A stretch of 64,000 bases of DNA. It comes from Eledone cirrhosa. Its lineage: Eukaryota. Position numbers and translations under genes: made by a program. The notes beneath the pieces are model-generated. The model saw nothing but the letters and a program-made list of their open reading frames with translations, had not been told where the DNA came from and did not search any database. This document shows, in pieces, positions 1-15,126 of the stretch (its first letter is position 1; each line of letters opens with the position of its first letter). The stretch lies in assembly GCA_964016885.1 (NCBI GenBank), contig OZ024740.1, positions 231,942,001 to 232,006,000 of the forward strand, read 5' to 3'.

Positions 1-256
1 AGTTTCTGAAAGGGAATAAACATGGTTTCCAAATAGAAAACATGGAGAAGCCATTTCGTCATCAGGAAGTCGTTCTCAGCTAAGATCCCTGGCGATGCGT
101 GGACACAGGGAACTTATACAAAAATAATTCAGTGGATGGAAAAAAGCAAGCATGTTCTGCATCCCCATGCATTGAACAACAAAGTTACTAAGACAAAACC
201 TATATATTTGCTTGCATAGGTATACTTCTGTATATATGTGTTGGCAGACATACTAA

Positions 257-296
<40 letters not shown>

Positions 297-815
297 GAAT
301 CACTACCTCCTTACGGACAACTGACGCTGCACACCAGGTCCGACACACAGAAGAGCCGAACGCCCACTGTCATCGCCTCTATCTCTCCCTCCCACCCCAT
401 CTCTCTGTATTGTGAGCAAATGATCTCCCACGTGCTGACCGCACTACGGCCACGGACGATGGTAAGGGAGATGCGCTATTATAGTTTTAGTAGGGGTGCT
501 GACAATAATATTTGCGTTTCTCTACGTGTGAGTATGTGTGCGAACGTGGTGTAGTTATAGCGGTGACACAAACTGTTGTGATTGGTTACAGCCTGTTTTT
601 GTTTTGTTTCTTGTAGTGGCTGTAAAGATGATGGCGTATGAGAGATTACGTAATGGCTGTGTGTAACGATGTATATATGCGTATATGAGCGTGTTGCATA
701 TGTGTGGAAGATTACTTAAAAATGTCGACTCTGGTTTTAACCCCACTCGCTGAGGTGAGGTAACGGCAATAAAACTACACTCATTAGAAAACAGTACCCA
801 CATTATGAATTGCAA

Positions 816-850
816 TGTAGTAGCATTAGTAGTAGCAGCAGCAGCATTAA

Positions 851-898
<48 letters not shown>

Positions 899-910
899 CA
901 GCAGCAACAT

Positions 911-957
<47 letters not shown>

Positions 958-1052
958 TAGTAGTAGTATTACTTCACGGTGTTGTAGTAGTAGCCACAAC
1001 AGTAACAACCCAAACGCGAGAAGCTGAAACATTAAATAGTATCACCGCCATA

Positions 1053-1106
<54 letters not shown>

Positions 1107-1110
1107 GCTG

Positions 1111-1157
<47 letters not shown>

Positions 1158-1326
1158 GCTACTACTACTACTACTACTACCATTACTATCATCATAATCT
1201 CAGACAAGGAACAAAAACAACTACCTTAAAGACAATAAGTCCCTAGGTATTCACATATAATCCCTTCGTAAAATTCAGGGTCACTTGCAGATGAGTATAC
1301 AGAACTACGGAAAACGGCTTACTACG

Positions 1327-1386
<60 letters not shown>

Positions 1387-1402
1387 GCTGATGCTGCTGA
1401 TG

Positions 1403-1470
<68 letters not shown>

Positions 1471-1484
1471 ACTACTACTACTAC

Positions 1485-1518
<34 letters not shown>

Positions 1519-1532
1519 ACTACTACTACTAC

Positions 1533-1569
<37 letters not shown>

Positions 1570-1590
1570 ACTACTACTACTGCTACTACT
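816..1590. repeat. (TAG)n/(CTA)n/(CTG)n trinucleotide microsatellite cluster
   Basis: Read directly; the source of the poly-S/T/V/L ORFs. Confidence 0.95.
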
Positions 1591-2429
1591 GTATACCAGA
1601 ACATCGCAGCAATCTTATATTTTCTGTCCTTGACAAGTCCTCCAATCATTATACATTCTCAATACAGCTCCTCCACTATCATACCTCGCTATCTACTCGA
1701 GTATCAATTTTCATAATAACGCCAAGATAACTAGCCATTACACTAGGGTGCAGCAGTTAGTGGTTGCATTTAAACTTGCTCAATGTAAGAGCGAAAAACT
1801 TCCATAATTTCCCTGCTGTCATTAAAATGATGATCACTAAGTTTGAGATGGAGCTGCCAGATAATCACTTGACCACGACATTATATTTCTACATTATATT
1901 CCTCAGTTCTTTTAAAATGGGAACCATAAAGCCAGTAAAGAATCTTCTATGAAATCGCTCCATTCATGCAATATCTTTACTGCCTTTAATACAGGAACCA
2001 TTAAGAACCGATGGTGAGGCTTATATCAAATGTCGTGTTAAATAAACCCTCCTAATATCTTTAAAACAGGGTTAATGTGTGATATTATGGGAGTCTTCTT
2101 TTGTAGCCACATGATCCATCCAATATTCTAGCCAAATATTCATATCTTTTATTCCTTTAAAGTAATGACAAAAATATGTTAAAAATAAAAGAACACTATG
2201 ATTCACGATAAACATTGAAAGTCGATTATTTAAATGTGGACATAAGCAGTCATTAATAATGAACAACGCCTCTATTATGTGTCTACCTGTGCATAATTGA
2301 CTACAACTACACAACAAAACTATCATAACTTCACTCACTTTCACAGAACCACCATTATCATTTGCAGCCACCATCACATTTATGCACTCAATTACAGAAC
2401 TACTATCAGGATCTCAATCATTTCGACCC

Positions 2430-3075
2430 TTTGTCAGGTTGATGTTCAACCAGTCGTTTCAACGCCTTGGTGTGTATGCATTGCATGTTGACATAAAAAT
2501 CAATACAACAAGACGAAGATAACATCTACTGGCATCTATCAATTTGAGGCTTCCTCAGTCATACTCAATATCAAGATTCTAGAAGTCGATCTATTCAAGT
2601 ATACCTGGACCACCTTCACTTCCAGATGCTAAGATAACGATGAAATAGACGTCTGTATCAACAGCGTGAACACTGCAGTTTTTAAAATCAGCTCTGGACA
2701 GAGATTCAACTGCCCCCCCCCCCCCCCCCCCCCCCCCTGCACCCATTCACACTATCTTTCTTTATGACTATACCACGTGACCAATAAGAGAGGCAGATTT
2801 ACGATTTTTTTTTTTTTTGCGTATGCTGAACTCATCCGTGGTTCAGTCGCACCAGAACCCATCACAGAATGGCGTAAAAGATGACGCAGACAATTGAAAA
2901 TATGGATTAGCTCGATCGAATGCAATCTCGACCTAATATCTGGTCCTCGCATATACGGTGTCTTTGGTTGACTGACTATATCCATGCCGTCTGTAATAGG
3001 CGGACTCTGCTGGTGATATTGTGATTGCGCTGATTGGAGCCGGCTCAACCTATGCTGTGCGAAAGCCGATAGCAG
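2430..3075 (+). mobile_element. Degraded RTE-like LINE fragment
   Basis: Broken frames read LEVDLFKY..DEID and PEPITEWRKR*RRQLKIW..LDLISGPRIYG, resembling RTE C-termini. Confidence 0.5.
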
Positions 3076-4356
3076 TAGAAATATACGTTTTGTTAAGATT
3101 ATCCTCACCTGCACGATATCTACTATTTTCTTCATACGCCATCTTTATAGACTGTCATCAAAGGCTACTACTACTATCAACACCAGACACATACGCGCGC
3201 ATACATATACACACATGCATGCACATTTTCATACTCGAATATCGAGAGAAACAGGAGCATCTATAATCGAATAGAAATATTAGTAAAAAAAAACATACAG
3301 GGAATAACTAGACATAGACAGACATACATAAAACACATACGTGGACAAATACATATAGAAACACACACATGTAGATAATTCGTTGAATAACTTCAGATTA
3401 TTAAATTTGTTCAACCCTAGATGTTATGTATATCTGACTTAACTATATTTTATGTTTAATATGCAGAAGTATTTTTCCTCGGCTATGTTATAATTCATAA
3501 TCAATGTTTCTACATTTCTTGTATTTGTGTATTTAATGGTTCGAAGTCAACTTTGCCTTTCATCCATTTAAGGTCGACAAAAAAGTACCAGTCAAGTACT
3601 GAGGTCGATTCTTCGTTTATATATCTTTCTCTCTTCCTTTCTCTCACTCTCTATCCTTCTCTGGAAGAAATCTGCTGCATTCAGACCTGGAGAATATATG
3701 GGCTCCTCCAAGTTTAAAAGTTCCCTAGAAACGCCATATTTCAATATGATGCCCCTACGATTCCTCAGGAGTTACAGCTCCCCACATACATATATTGATC
3801 ACCATCTGAGTATAATGTTTCACCGAAGACGTGTAATAAGACTGAACAATGTCCATTGCTTTCATGCGTTGACTTTTCGGTGTCCTCTTTTCTTCAGATG
3901 GTAGGATGTGACTTGAGGAAAATTTGCTGCAATTTCTAGAAAATGAGGTTCTCCCACCGGCTCAATTATTGTAGTAAGCGCAAGCAGGGACATAATGTGG
4001 TTAAGAAGCTTGTTTGATTCGATGCTCAATCCCATTCCACTTCATATTGGGTAATAAATTCTATCATATCCTCTGTTCCACTCAATATCTATAAGTGAAA
4101 TTCTCAAGAGAGAAGCTATGTAGAAGCTCGTCGGATGAACTGCATTTGTTCAATCAGTTGCTTTGTTCAACCAACAACACCGCAAAGTCAATAAGCCCCT
4201 TTAATGGAGTTCATTTTGTTGCAAACATTCCAACAGGTCTCTGTTATGAAGATAAACTGTTAGACGTGTTTCCACATTTGTCTTACAGGTGCTGTAACTA
4301 AATAAAGGTCATGGATACTTCCTTCCAAAGTCATAGGTAGCTAGCTAGATAGAGAG

Positions 4357-4420
<64 letters not shown>

Positions 4421-4688
4421 ATGACGATAGAGCAGGATTGTAGACGTTTGTCTCCACAGAAAGGAATACAAATAAGAAAGAAGGGAGGAAAGACAAAGAA
4501 TGAACATGAGCGTAGCAGAGAGAGAGAGAGAGATGAAAGGTAGTGAGAGGTGTAGAGGGAGAAGAAGGGGTAGATAGAGAGAAAAGGGGGGGGGGAGAAG
4601 GAGATGTAGATAGAGAGAATGAGTGGGAGAGAGAGAGGGTGAGAAGGAGCGGGAGAGGTAGATAGAGAGTAAGAGATGGAAGTTAGAG

Positions 4689-4759
<71 letters not shown>

Positions 4760-5114
4760 GAAGAGAATGTGAAATTTAGCCTGAAGTGAGAAGAGGTACT
4801 GCTGTGGATAAAAATAGCTGGCATCCATGTACATCGTATAGGGAAACAACTGTAAGCGTAAATATTGACATGCCAGAGTACACATTCGTAGTGAAGTGTA
4901 TAATGGTGTGGTGGTGGCAGGTCGTTGTTTGGTTGGTAGGTTAGGGCCTGAGTTGTTTCTTACAAACGGAAGTATGACCTGGAATAATAGATAAATCGGG
5001 CAGAGGAAAAACAGAAGTGAAAATAGATCGAATGGCTCCCAAACCCCATAACTTTAACAACAATATCAATAACAACATCAATAATAACAACTCCTACATC
5101 CGCAGCAGAAGTGG

Positions 5115-5128
5115 GAGTAGTAGTAGTG

Positions 5129-5199
<71 letters not shown>

Positions 5200-5253
5200 C
5201 GTAGTGGTTGTAGTGGTGGTGGTGGTGGTGATGGTGGTGGTGATGGTAGTAGC

Positions 5254-5294
<41 letters not shown>

Positions 5295-5361
5295 CAGTAG
5301 TGGTGGTCGTAGTGGTTGTAGTGGTGGTGGTGGTGGTGATGGTGGTGGTGATGGTAGTAGC

Positions 5362-5411
<50 letters not shown>

Positions 5412-5431
5412 AAGTAGTAGTAGTAGTGGTG

Positions 5432-5497
<66 letters not shown>
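5115..5497. repeat. (TAG)n/(TGG)n compound microsatellite with an internal higher-order duplication of about 108 bp
   Basis: The ggtggtcgtagtggttgtagtgg..gatggtggtggtgatgg block occurs twice. Confidence 0.9.
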
Positions 5498-5498
<1 letters not shown>

Positions 5499-5787
5499 CT
5501 GCATGGTACCAGTTGCAGCAACAATAGCAACAATAAACGGCGGAAGTAATCAACAGGAAAGAGCATAAATTACGTGAACAATAATAGCAAGAAGGAGTCA
5601 CATGACGAAACATCTGCGTGGCCTCTTATCACGCTAAAAGTCGCAGCTAAATCCCCGTCAAATCACATTGTCTACAAAAAGAGAGATACACATTGGACAA
5701 TATAATCTCTGGAGTACAAAAATAAAAATGGCATGGCCAAAGTTTGATCTTGTGTATTGTCGATCAGGGCTATAAACGAGCTAAATA

Positions 5788-6198
5788 ATAATTTCTAGTA
5801 TAGGCATAAGGCAAGCAATGTTGGGGCAGGAGGGAAGTCGATTAAATCGGCTCCAGTGTATTACTGGTGCTTCATTTGCTTTATTTTATCGGGCAAAGTT
5901 AATCTCGGCTGGATTCGAACTCAGAACGTAAAGGGCCATAACTCTATGCTGAAAAGCATGGTGTCTGATGCTCTACTGATTCTACCACCATTATGGTGCT
6001 AAATAATTGTTTCTACATTTGGCACAAGGCCAGCAATTATCCCAGTGTATTACTGGTACTTTATTTTATCGACTCCGTAAGGATGAAAGGCAAAGTTAAC
6101 CTTGGCGGAATTTGAACTCAGATCATAAAGGGCCGTAACTCTTTGCGGGAAAGCATGGCGTCAGACCCTTTACCGATACTGCCAATCCACCGCCATGG
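5788..6198 (-). mobile_element. Two tandem tRNA-derived SINEs (family A)
   Basis: Reverse complement of a B-box-like GAGTTC(G/A)AAT, the central GCCTTTCATCCTTACGGGGTCGATAAAATAAAGTACCAG (partly deleted in the first copy) and the tail GGCCTTGTGCCAAA..AGAAACAATT. Confidence 0.8.
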
Positions 6199-9159
6199 GG
6201 CTAAATAATAACAAAAAATACCACATCTATGTAGTCTGCTGGCCAGATGAAAATAGCAACAATAGTTCCCAGTAAGGAGATTGTCACTATTTTCAAATGC
6301 CTTTGATCATAGATCTGATCGATCAATTTTGAGTTGTAGCTAAGTGGCAGCCATAAGAATTTGTTAACACTCAGTCAAGTAGTGACTTTGCCACATGTTT
6401 TCTGGGCCTCCGTGACTGGTGGGAGGAAAGATATATGTTTACCTCAAAATGGAAACCTCACTCAAGAATCATGAGCCGTACCAGTAACATTTAAAACAAC
6501 AACAAACTCAAGACCAGTAAGGAAGTAAAATATCTTTTGCCATATCAAATTGTAAATAAGGAGCTAAGTAAGCATATCTGTATTGATCTTCGGTGTTTAC
6601 ATGCCTCTATGGCTGTGTGAAGTGGCAGATATGATAGAAATCGGAAATAGAAGCCTTATGTTATTTATTTCCTATCTTTGATACTCAGAGCTGTAATTTA
6701 TCTTGGCTTGGTTTGTTTTTTACCGCATCTGTGGGTAGACGAAATAATTTCCAGTCATGTACTGGCGTAGATTCAATACATTATACCCCTCACAAAATTA
6801 TGTATGTCCTTGTGCCTATGCTAAAAGTCAATATTACGTTAGTAGAAAGCAGTATACAAAGAGGAAACCAAAAAGAGAGAAAAACAGGAGTGACTAGAGG
6901 AGAAAGAGAGAGAAATAGAAAGCGAGAGAGAAAGAGACTCTATGTAAATTTGAGTTGTACTTTGGTGCATTTTTAACGAAGGCTGAAAGTTCAACGTTAG
7001 CCATTTAGAGCTCCCAAGTCAATGAACAACTATTTACAGTTTGTCGAATACTAATTAATTTCCAAAATGCTGCAACACATCATGAATTAAATATTGCCTT
7101 ACTGGGTTTTGTTAATCTCAGTAAAGACAAATCTTCACTTTCCTAAAAACTACGATTGTGAGGTTGAATATAAATAATCAAAAATGTATGTTAGCTTTAA
7201 ATGAAAAAAAACAACAATATATACAATATTGTTAATATATTGCTATTCATATATTATATGATTAGACGTAAACCTGACAGAGTGATTACGAAGGTTTGGT
7301 TCCATTTTAAGGTATCAATTGCTATCGCAGTGGGTAAAAGAAGCACAATGAATGAAAATGGATAGACAGAAACTGTGTGAAAGCACGTCAAGTGGATTAT
7401 TCTTGTAATACAAAAGTCCAATCTGATCATACTGTGTTTAAAGATTGAACTCGAAAATTACATTAAGGGTCTATGAAAAATTAAGTCATTTACACATTTA
7501 ACGTGTAGGTATATCGGTTGATAGAAGTACTGAATGCTTATTGTCGAAACCGACGGGAGAGCCACCATCATGTGAATTATTGGTGGACCAAGAATATAAA
7601 TGTCCTGGACACTATGCCTTGTGGTGTTTATTTGCGCTAAAATCTTGCCGGTGTCGACATTTGCCTTTGATCCCTTGAAGATAAATAACATAATCCATAA
7701 TACTTATAACTACTGTCATTCCATGGGTGTTTCACTTAGGTGATTCTGAAAATAACTAATATAATGGTATCTGTATCATGAAGTCATATTTTGTATAGCA
7801 TTCAATTTTTGTTTGGAAAGTAGTGCTCGTTGCGTTTCACCGGCTGCTCTTCCAGGGTCAGATTAAATTTTTGAGGCGCTCCATTTGCCACCGAAATGTT
7901 AAAGACTGTGTGTGTAATTGAAAAGACATTGTAGGTAGAAAGTCGACTATACTCAATTGTCCGGTTTGAATTCAATCTAGGTGAGGCTTGTAAGAAACAT
8001 AAATGATCACCATACATTTGAATGCTGAATTCTATGCTAAGAGAATCACAAGCAAGTCAAGGAAAACTATCACATGTTCTTATTTCAACTCAAAAAGGTA
8101 AACACACATGGTTTGCATCATGATCTCAGATTAGACAGAACCACATAATTAGACAGCAAAACGCATTGGTTGTGCACACGCACATGGCTTCACATTTAGG
8201 GGAGTTGGGTACAGCTGATTAAGTTCTACTGATGTTTTAGATCGGTATTTATTTTATCGATCATGGAAGGACGAAAGGATTCACTGTGCTACGCGTGATT
8301 TTCCTGTTCTATCCGAGCTCCTCTCATCCTATAGTGCATGTTCTACTAAGTGATGCGGGTTATATCATCTACGTGACATATTTAGAGGTACATTGAAAGT
8401 GAAGAATGTTGGCTATGTGTGATATTATGGTTATTGGGCAACCCAGCCGCTTAACTATCAGTGCTCTTGTTTTTAATGTAATATGCTCCTTGTTGAAAAC
8501 TTCTATAAATACAGATATTCAGATTTCAGCCTGTATAATACCATGACATTCTGTGATTGTCTGAATATCTGTCGACCACACTGATATCAATAGTCAGGTA
8601 GCGTTTGTATAAGACTATCTACGAGAGATAGTTGATCTAGCTCTATGTATACCAGTCTGTTTCAGTTTGAAGCACTCAACCAAGCGTTGAACCTAACAAT
8701 GTGAAACACAGTGAAGTGAAATGACTGTTTGTAGAACAGTATGTTCTATGTATAATTGATGATTCCTTGGTGTCTATAGGAGAATAAGATTTAAATTACA
8801 ATCAAGCTGATCAAGCAAATGATAACCAGTCAAATCACTTAGCGTCCTTCACAGTCCTGTTTACTCACACTGATTTTCCCAGAAAAAAACTAACAGAAAT
8901 GTTGTATTGCCTCGTTAATGGTAAATATTTGAACATTTCCCGTTATCACTAGTGGCACACCAACCATACATAGATACATACATGATATATATATATATGG
9001 ATACACACATACCACATATACACAAACAATCCCACACACGCACACACATGTATATATACACATATATATATATATACATATATATACACAGGGATACACA
9101 TAAACACACACAGACACACACAAACACACACACACATATATATATATATGTAGATCTGC

Positions 9160-9199
<40 letters not shown>

Positions 9200-9209
9200 G
9201 TAGATCTGC

Positions 9210-9271
<62 letters not shown>

Positions 9272-10744
9272 GTATATATGCATGCATGTATGTATATGTG
9301 TATGTATATATCTATGTATGTGTGTGTATGTACTTATGTATGTATTTATGTGTGTATGCATGTATGTCATGTATGTATGTATTTATATATATGTATGCAT
9401 GTATGTTTATTATGTACATATGTATGTATGTAGTTATGTATGTATGTAACCCTTTAAATATATTCACTTATACAAAAGTACCATAAACTTACGCATACAT
9501 ATGATATATGTTAATTAACAATCAACAAGTCTCTATTTTCCACTCATATATTCTCACGTTCCCACACACCAAATGAAATAATTCACTTCAGACACAATGA
9601 TAACAAAAGAAATAATAATAAACTAAGCAAAGAAAACAAAGACCGTGTCTTCTTTGTTATTAGAATTCGTCTAAGATTTATCTATTTTAGTGACTGTCGT
9701 TGTCGTATTTGCTGTTCTCACTTTTGTAGAAGTGTTGGAAAACAGCCAGTGATATTGGTGATGTGTTTATAGATGAGGTTGAGGGCGGAGGTAAAATATC
9801 ACAATGCTACGTGGCTAATTTTAAATTATCGATTTTCAATTCCCCCGTCTCCCTTTTTATTGTTTCTTTTCTTTTCTCTCCTTTGAATAGAATAGAATAG
9901 TAAAGGAAAAGTAATAGATTTACCTTGTACCTTTATGCTATCCCTTTGCAGATACGATCCCTATCTTTTGCTGTCCCCTTCTCTCCATTTTCTGTTTCAC
10001 CTTCTGTCTGTATTTAGTCTATTTGCCAAATTTGTATTTCTGTACATGGCCTGTCAATCCTTATATCACTGTGAAAGAAAACAATTTCCCCTATTCACTC
10101 ACTGCTAAATACAAACAGACTACAGGTCTGATCAAATCATTTATAAAAATAACACTCAGAACATATGTTCTCTATACCTGGCACATCAAAGATAATTACA
10201 CAAAATCAAAAGACCAACGCTACGGTAATAACCTATATTGTAATATTTAAATAGTATTTCTTCACATACGTATTTTTGTATCTTTTTTTAGTAAAACATT
10301 TATTTACTGAATTATTGTCGTTGTTGCTGTTGTTTTTCCCGATATCAGCTGTGGCCAAAAGGTTATCCAGCCATGAGTATCCACATGATTATTTTGACAG
10401 GGTCTATCAATATGGAATTGAAATATCAAATGTGTTCTTATAGTCTTCAAACAGTAGAGTAGTTGATTTCAATGAGATATGGCTGTTTCTTCTAGCCTCT
10501 CAAGAGGAAATGACAGACGCACTGTATTATCGGAATAAGTGGAATGTGGTATTTAATCGAATTTTGTAAAGATACTCAGTTCAAATTGCAGTTCAAATTT
10601 TGTTTCAACTTTGCTGATAAAATAACTCTTATATACAATTATAGGGTTTTGTACGTAATTTAAAGATTGATAGTTTTACTAACAGTGTTTAAAATATTTC
10701 TAATTTTTCAAACAAACTATAATATTCTAATATCAGTTTTACTA

Positions 10745-11170
10745 TTTTGATGGCAGTTGAAACCCAGAAACTGTATAACGCTTAGCTAAATATATGTACT
10801 TGGACCCCGTACTGCCGTGCTCCTCTGCACGATCGGAGCGTCGGCGGCCCGTCTGAGGGGGGAGCCCCACGAGGTTAGGTGGATGTTGCAGCGGGTGTCA
10901 CTGACCATCGTCCGGAAGGGAGCATTTGCCGTCTTGTCAGCTGAGCGCAGCATTTCTGCCCTCTTGCCCTTGGCCCAAAGCCCAATCACCCTCCCCCTTC
11001 ACAACCCCTTTCTTCTGCGACACCAGAGCTCTTGCCATCCCCGTCCCCTTCTCGTTCTTTTTCTTCTTTCTTTCTCTCTTTTTTTCTATATTCCTCTATT
11101 CTTTCTTTCCTTTTGTTTTCCCTTTTTTTAAATTTTGTCTTACTAAATTTTATTTTAAAAATAAACATTT
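10745..11170 (+). mobile_element. 3' fragment of an RLE-type (CRE-like) non-LTR retrotransposon
   Basis: A GC-rich island reads MAVET..VLGPRTAVLLCTIGASAARLRGEPHEVRWMLQRVSLTIVRKGA, resembling the E.R..L.QRLS.AIQRGNA C-terminus of CRE-like elements. A pyrimidine-rich 3' UTR follows. Confidence 0.5.
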
Positions 11171-11176
11171 ATGTTT

Positions 11177-11282
11177 CGCCGAGGTTAACTTTGCCTTTCA
11201 TCCTTACGGGGTCGATAAAATAAAGTACCAGTAATGTACTGGTTAATTACTGGCCTTGTGCCAAAAGTAGAAACAATTAAAT
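11177..11282 (+). mobile_element. 5'-truncated SINE (family A)
   Basis: cgccgaggttaactttgcctttcatccttacggggtcgataaaataaagtaccag..agaaacaatt. Confidence 0.8.
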
Positions 11283-11948
11283 TATGGCTCGCACGAGTTC
11301 ACATCTCGTCGATATCAAGAACTGATAGTAGCTGTCTTACTGCCACAAGCCTCGTCAATGGTCACTAATGCTGGCCGTCAACTGGCCGTCAACTGGCCGA
11401 CAGATTCGCAGAACATTCTCATGACATCCGGGTCGGCAACACGTCCTCGCTGGCATTCTAGTTGAAATATTTAGCTTCTTAGAATCATGGCGTACAACCT
11501 GGGACATACCGCTATACATTAAGTTTACATATTAAGACATTGCAAGGGAGCCTGAAGAACGGTGAAATGAAACCAAAGAACCAAGCAAAGTAATCAGAAT
11601 AAGGACAATCATATCAGGAATAACCAAACATATATATTTTGATATGTAATTAACAAAACTTTAGGAAAAAAGTTTATTTGGCATATTATCGCCGATCTAT
11701 GGTGTTTTCAAAGTAGATTTGTAGTTGTCGTTGACCACCTTGTATATAAAAGATATTGAGGACGACGACCTCCCATCAGTTCTTTCACTAATAATCCATT
11801 AAACACACAAACACACACATGCATACACACACACTCGCACACAATCACAGAAACACAAGCACGAACGTGCACAAATAAACATGTACATCAATCATACGCT
11901 TGACTAATTATATATATGTATATGTGTGTGTGTCTGTGTTTGTGTGTG

Positions 11949-12000
<52 letters not shown>

Positions 12001-12176
12001 GGAGGTGAGTTTTATTGTAGTACAATAAAGCAATGCAGATATCGGATAAGAAGCACTCTACAGTTTGTAGGACTGGAGTATACATAATATATAAGAACAA
12101 ATATTATTGCATGATGATATTTGTTTTTGAAATGCGCATAATAAAATACATGGAACTCCTTTAACCATCTTTTGTT

Positions 12177-12226
<50 letters not shown>

Positions 12227-13339
12227 ATATATATATATATGCATATATATAATCCATGATATCGCATATTCTATGTGAGTGCAATCACCACTTTGCGTCA
12301 TATTTATTGTCTATTGTTATTTTATGTTCATATCCGATTGCATTTCCCGTTACAACACATTTCAATCAAATCAAAATTATACAAACTGCAGTATAATGGG
12401 GAAAATACATACATGACTGAATGAATGAATATATAATAAGAATAATAACATATATATAATAATAACATTTCTTTCTTTATTGGCCACTAGAGACATAAGC
12501 AGAAAAGATTTAAACACAACGGTAGGAGCATTCATTATACATAACACAAACAACTAGACATAAAATACACATATACATAATGTGTTCTGAATCTGTTGTC
12601 GCATTCAACGGTCAGCTTTCCAGTTCGCTTAACAAATCCACCTACTTATTGTATTACAGTGTAAAGTGGTGGATTCATAGAATTGTTGGACAAATGATTC
12701 ACAGAGTTGGACAAATGCTTTGCGGTATTTGTGGCTGCTCTTTACATTTTGTTTTCAAATCACATCGATATCAACTTTGCCTGTCATCCTTTTGTGCTCG
12801 ATGAAAGTACCAGTCAAATTCTGGTGTCGGTATATTCGACATCCTTCCCCCAAATTCCTAGCTTCAATTAAAAACCGTGTAATGTAACTGTATGAATATT
12901 CCTATCTTTCCCACCAGTTTCAGTGACACTCCTTTCCTCAGTAACATTCACCTTTCTCTCCAGTTTCCTGGCACCAACCTTTTATTTGATTCTTATTACA
13001 ACATACCTGTTCAGATAAAATCTTTTAAAATTCTTTATGCAATTTATCTACAGACCAAAAAATCCTTCTTTCCTAAAACTTGTACACTTAACGTAGTTCT
13101 GATATAGGCTTAGTATTATATTATAAACAATGGATATTTACACAATTTATGTCTACTGAATTTGGTTCTTAAGGCTTCAGGGGTCTGAAGTGCTACACTG
13201 TGAATGTAAATGGCCTTAACTATATGCTGCAAAGCATGGTGTCCGATTCTACTGCCAATCCACCACCCTTTTAGATGAATTAATAATAAGAACAATGTAA
13301 GCTATATACACGAATGCAAGATGATGTTCATCAGGCCTC

Positions 13340-13620
13340 AATTCTCGGTACCCTACAGTTTATTATAGGTAACTAGACCATAGCAGAGGTATTTACGGCT
13401 GGCTATTAATTGGAATTACTGTATGCGGATGTGCCAGTTTTGATAGCTGTAACTTATCGAAGAATTTGTGAGGTCCGACCGTAGAAGCAACAGCTACAAT
13501 CGAGTGGCCTTAAAGAAACCCTACCAAAGAAAAGGTGTTACTTAACATGAAAGAAGTTACGTCACCCTAACCATGTGGGAAGACGTTACACTCTAAAAGT
13601 AAAAAGGGATGTAGGATTAG
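13340..13620 (+). mobile_element. Degraded RTE-like RT fragment
   Basis: The sequence reads ..ELLYADVPVLIA.. near 13412-13450 (compare WELLYADDLVLIA). Confidence 0.4.
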
Positions 13621-13804
13621 TAGGACAAATGATAGACCGAGTGAGAAGGTAAACTTCGTATGTAGCAGATAAACAGGAACAGCTAGTAGTTTGAGGACCC
13701 GCGTGATAAATACTTTAAATTTCTAAAAGATTCCATTTGCATAATGCACGCGCATTTTTTTTTCCTTTTACATGTAAAGATCTTGTGAGATGAAACTCAT
13801 AGTA

Positions 13805-14427
13805 ATATCGTTTCCAATTTAGGCACAAAATTGACAATTTTGGAAAGAAGGCTAGATCGATTAAATTGACCTCAGTACTTGATTGGTACTTTAGTTTATC
13901 GGTCCTGGGTGTATGAAAGGCAAAGACAAATAGATATCAGCGGGATTTTGATCTCAGAACGCAAAGAGCAATCACAAACACTGCAACACATTTGCTTTAA
14001 CATTTCAGCGTCCTATAAAACACACAGTAATAATTCTTTCTAGCATTAACAAAAAACCAGTGAATATTCTGGAAGGAGAGAGTCGATAATATATAACCCA
14101 ATACTTGACTCCTACTTTATTTTATTGACCTTGGAAGGATGAAAGGTAAACTTGACCTCGGGAGCATTTGAACCCAGAATTGGAAATAGCGGAACAAAAC
14201 TGCAATGCATTTGCCCTAACATTTCTGCCAAACATCCACCATGTATAACAAACAATAATTGTTTCTACTTTTGGCACAAGGCCAGCAATTACCCAGTACA
14301 TTACTGGTACTTTATTTTATCGACCCCTTGAGGCAAAGTTAACCTCGGTGGGATTTGAACTCAGACCGTAAAGGGACGTATCTATGCTGGAAAGCATGGC
14401 GTCCGACTCTCTACCGATACTGCCAAT
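13805..14427 (-). mobile_element. Three tandem SINEs (family A, increasing conservation left to right)
   Basis: Repeated ggtacttt..ttat(c/t)gac..gatgaaagg.aaa..tttgaactcaga blocks start near 13810, 14035 and 14257. Confidence 0.7.
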
Positions 14428-14814
14428 AATGATGAAATCAATCAATAAAAAATGAAAGGCTGCATGTTAATGGAATCTTTTCTAAAGTAAACAGTAATCG
14501 TAAAAGAATATATAATGTCATTTGTATTGACTAATCAAGATAATTTTAAGTTACCTTAGTTAATGATGCATACATAGATATAATCGTAACGACATTGATG
14601 AAAAGACTAATCCGACTATTAATCTTTCCTGTATAAATATATATCTTCGTTCTATATCTCCATGCCTCAATGTCTTTTTCTCCCGCACACCTACCCCATT
14701 CAGCTCTTAATTTCTACATTGTTCTGCCCAAGTATGTTCACATTGTGGCTTAAAACACTGAAAGAATAATACGCCATGTGGTTTTGTACATATACACACA
14801 TACACACATACACA

Positions 14815-14900
<86 letters not shown>

Positions 14901-14979
14901 CACATATATATATATGTATTTCCGTAGAATCGTCTAACTTCGTAAAACGTTGGGTAATTATATTATGTTGTTTATTACA

Positions 14980-15022
<43 letters not shown>

Positions 15023-15126
15023 CGAAGGAAATGTGGTAAGGAACCAGGTGGACCATAACGCACCAAAGTACTCAATACTTGAGGTAGTAGAGTGGGTAAT
15101 AGGAACCAGTAAGACCCTTACTGGTT

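Noticed and set aside
1-75. Minus-strand CTGATGA..GAAA near the window start
   Set aside because: No convincing stem I partner inside the window; it may be truncated by the edge.
810-5613. Poly-Ser/Thr/Val/Leu ORFs (mucin-like appearance)
   Set aside because: Translations of (TAG)n/(CTA)n/(TGG)n microsatellites, open in several frames on both strands, with no domain or splice support.
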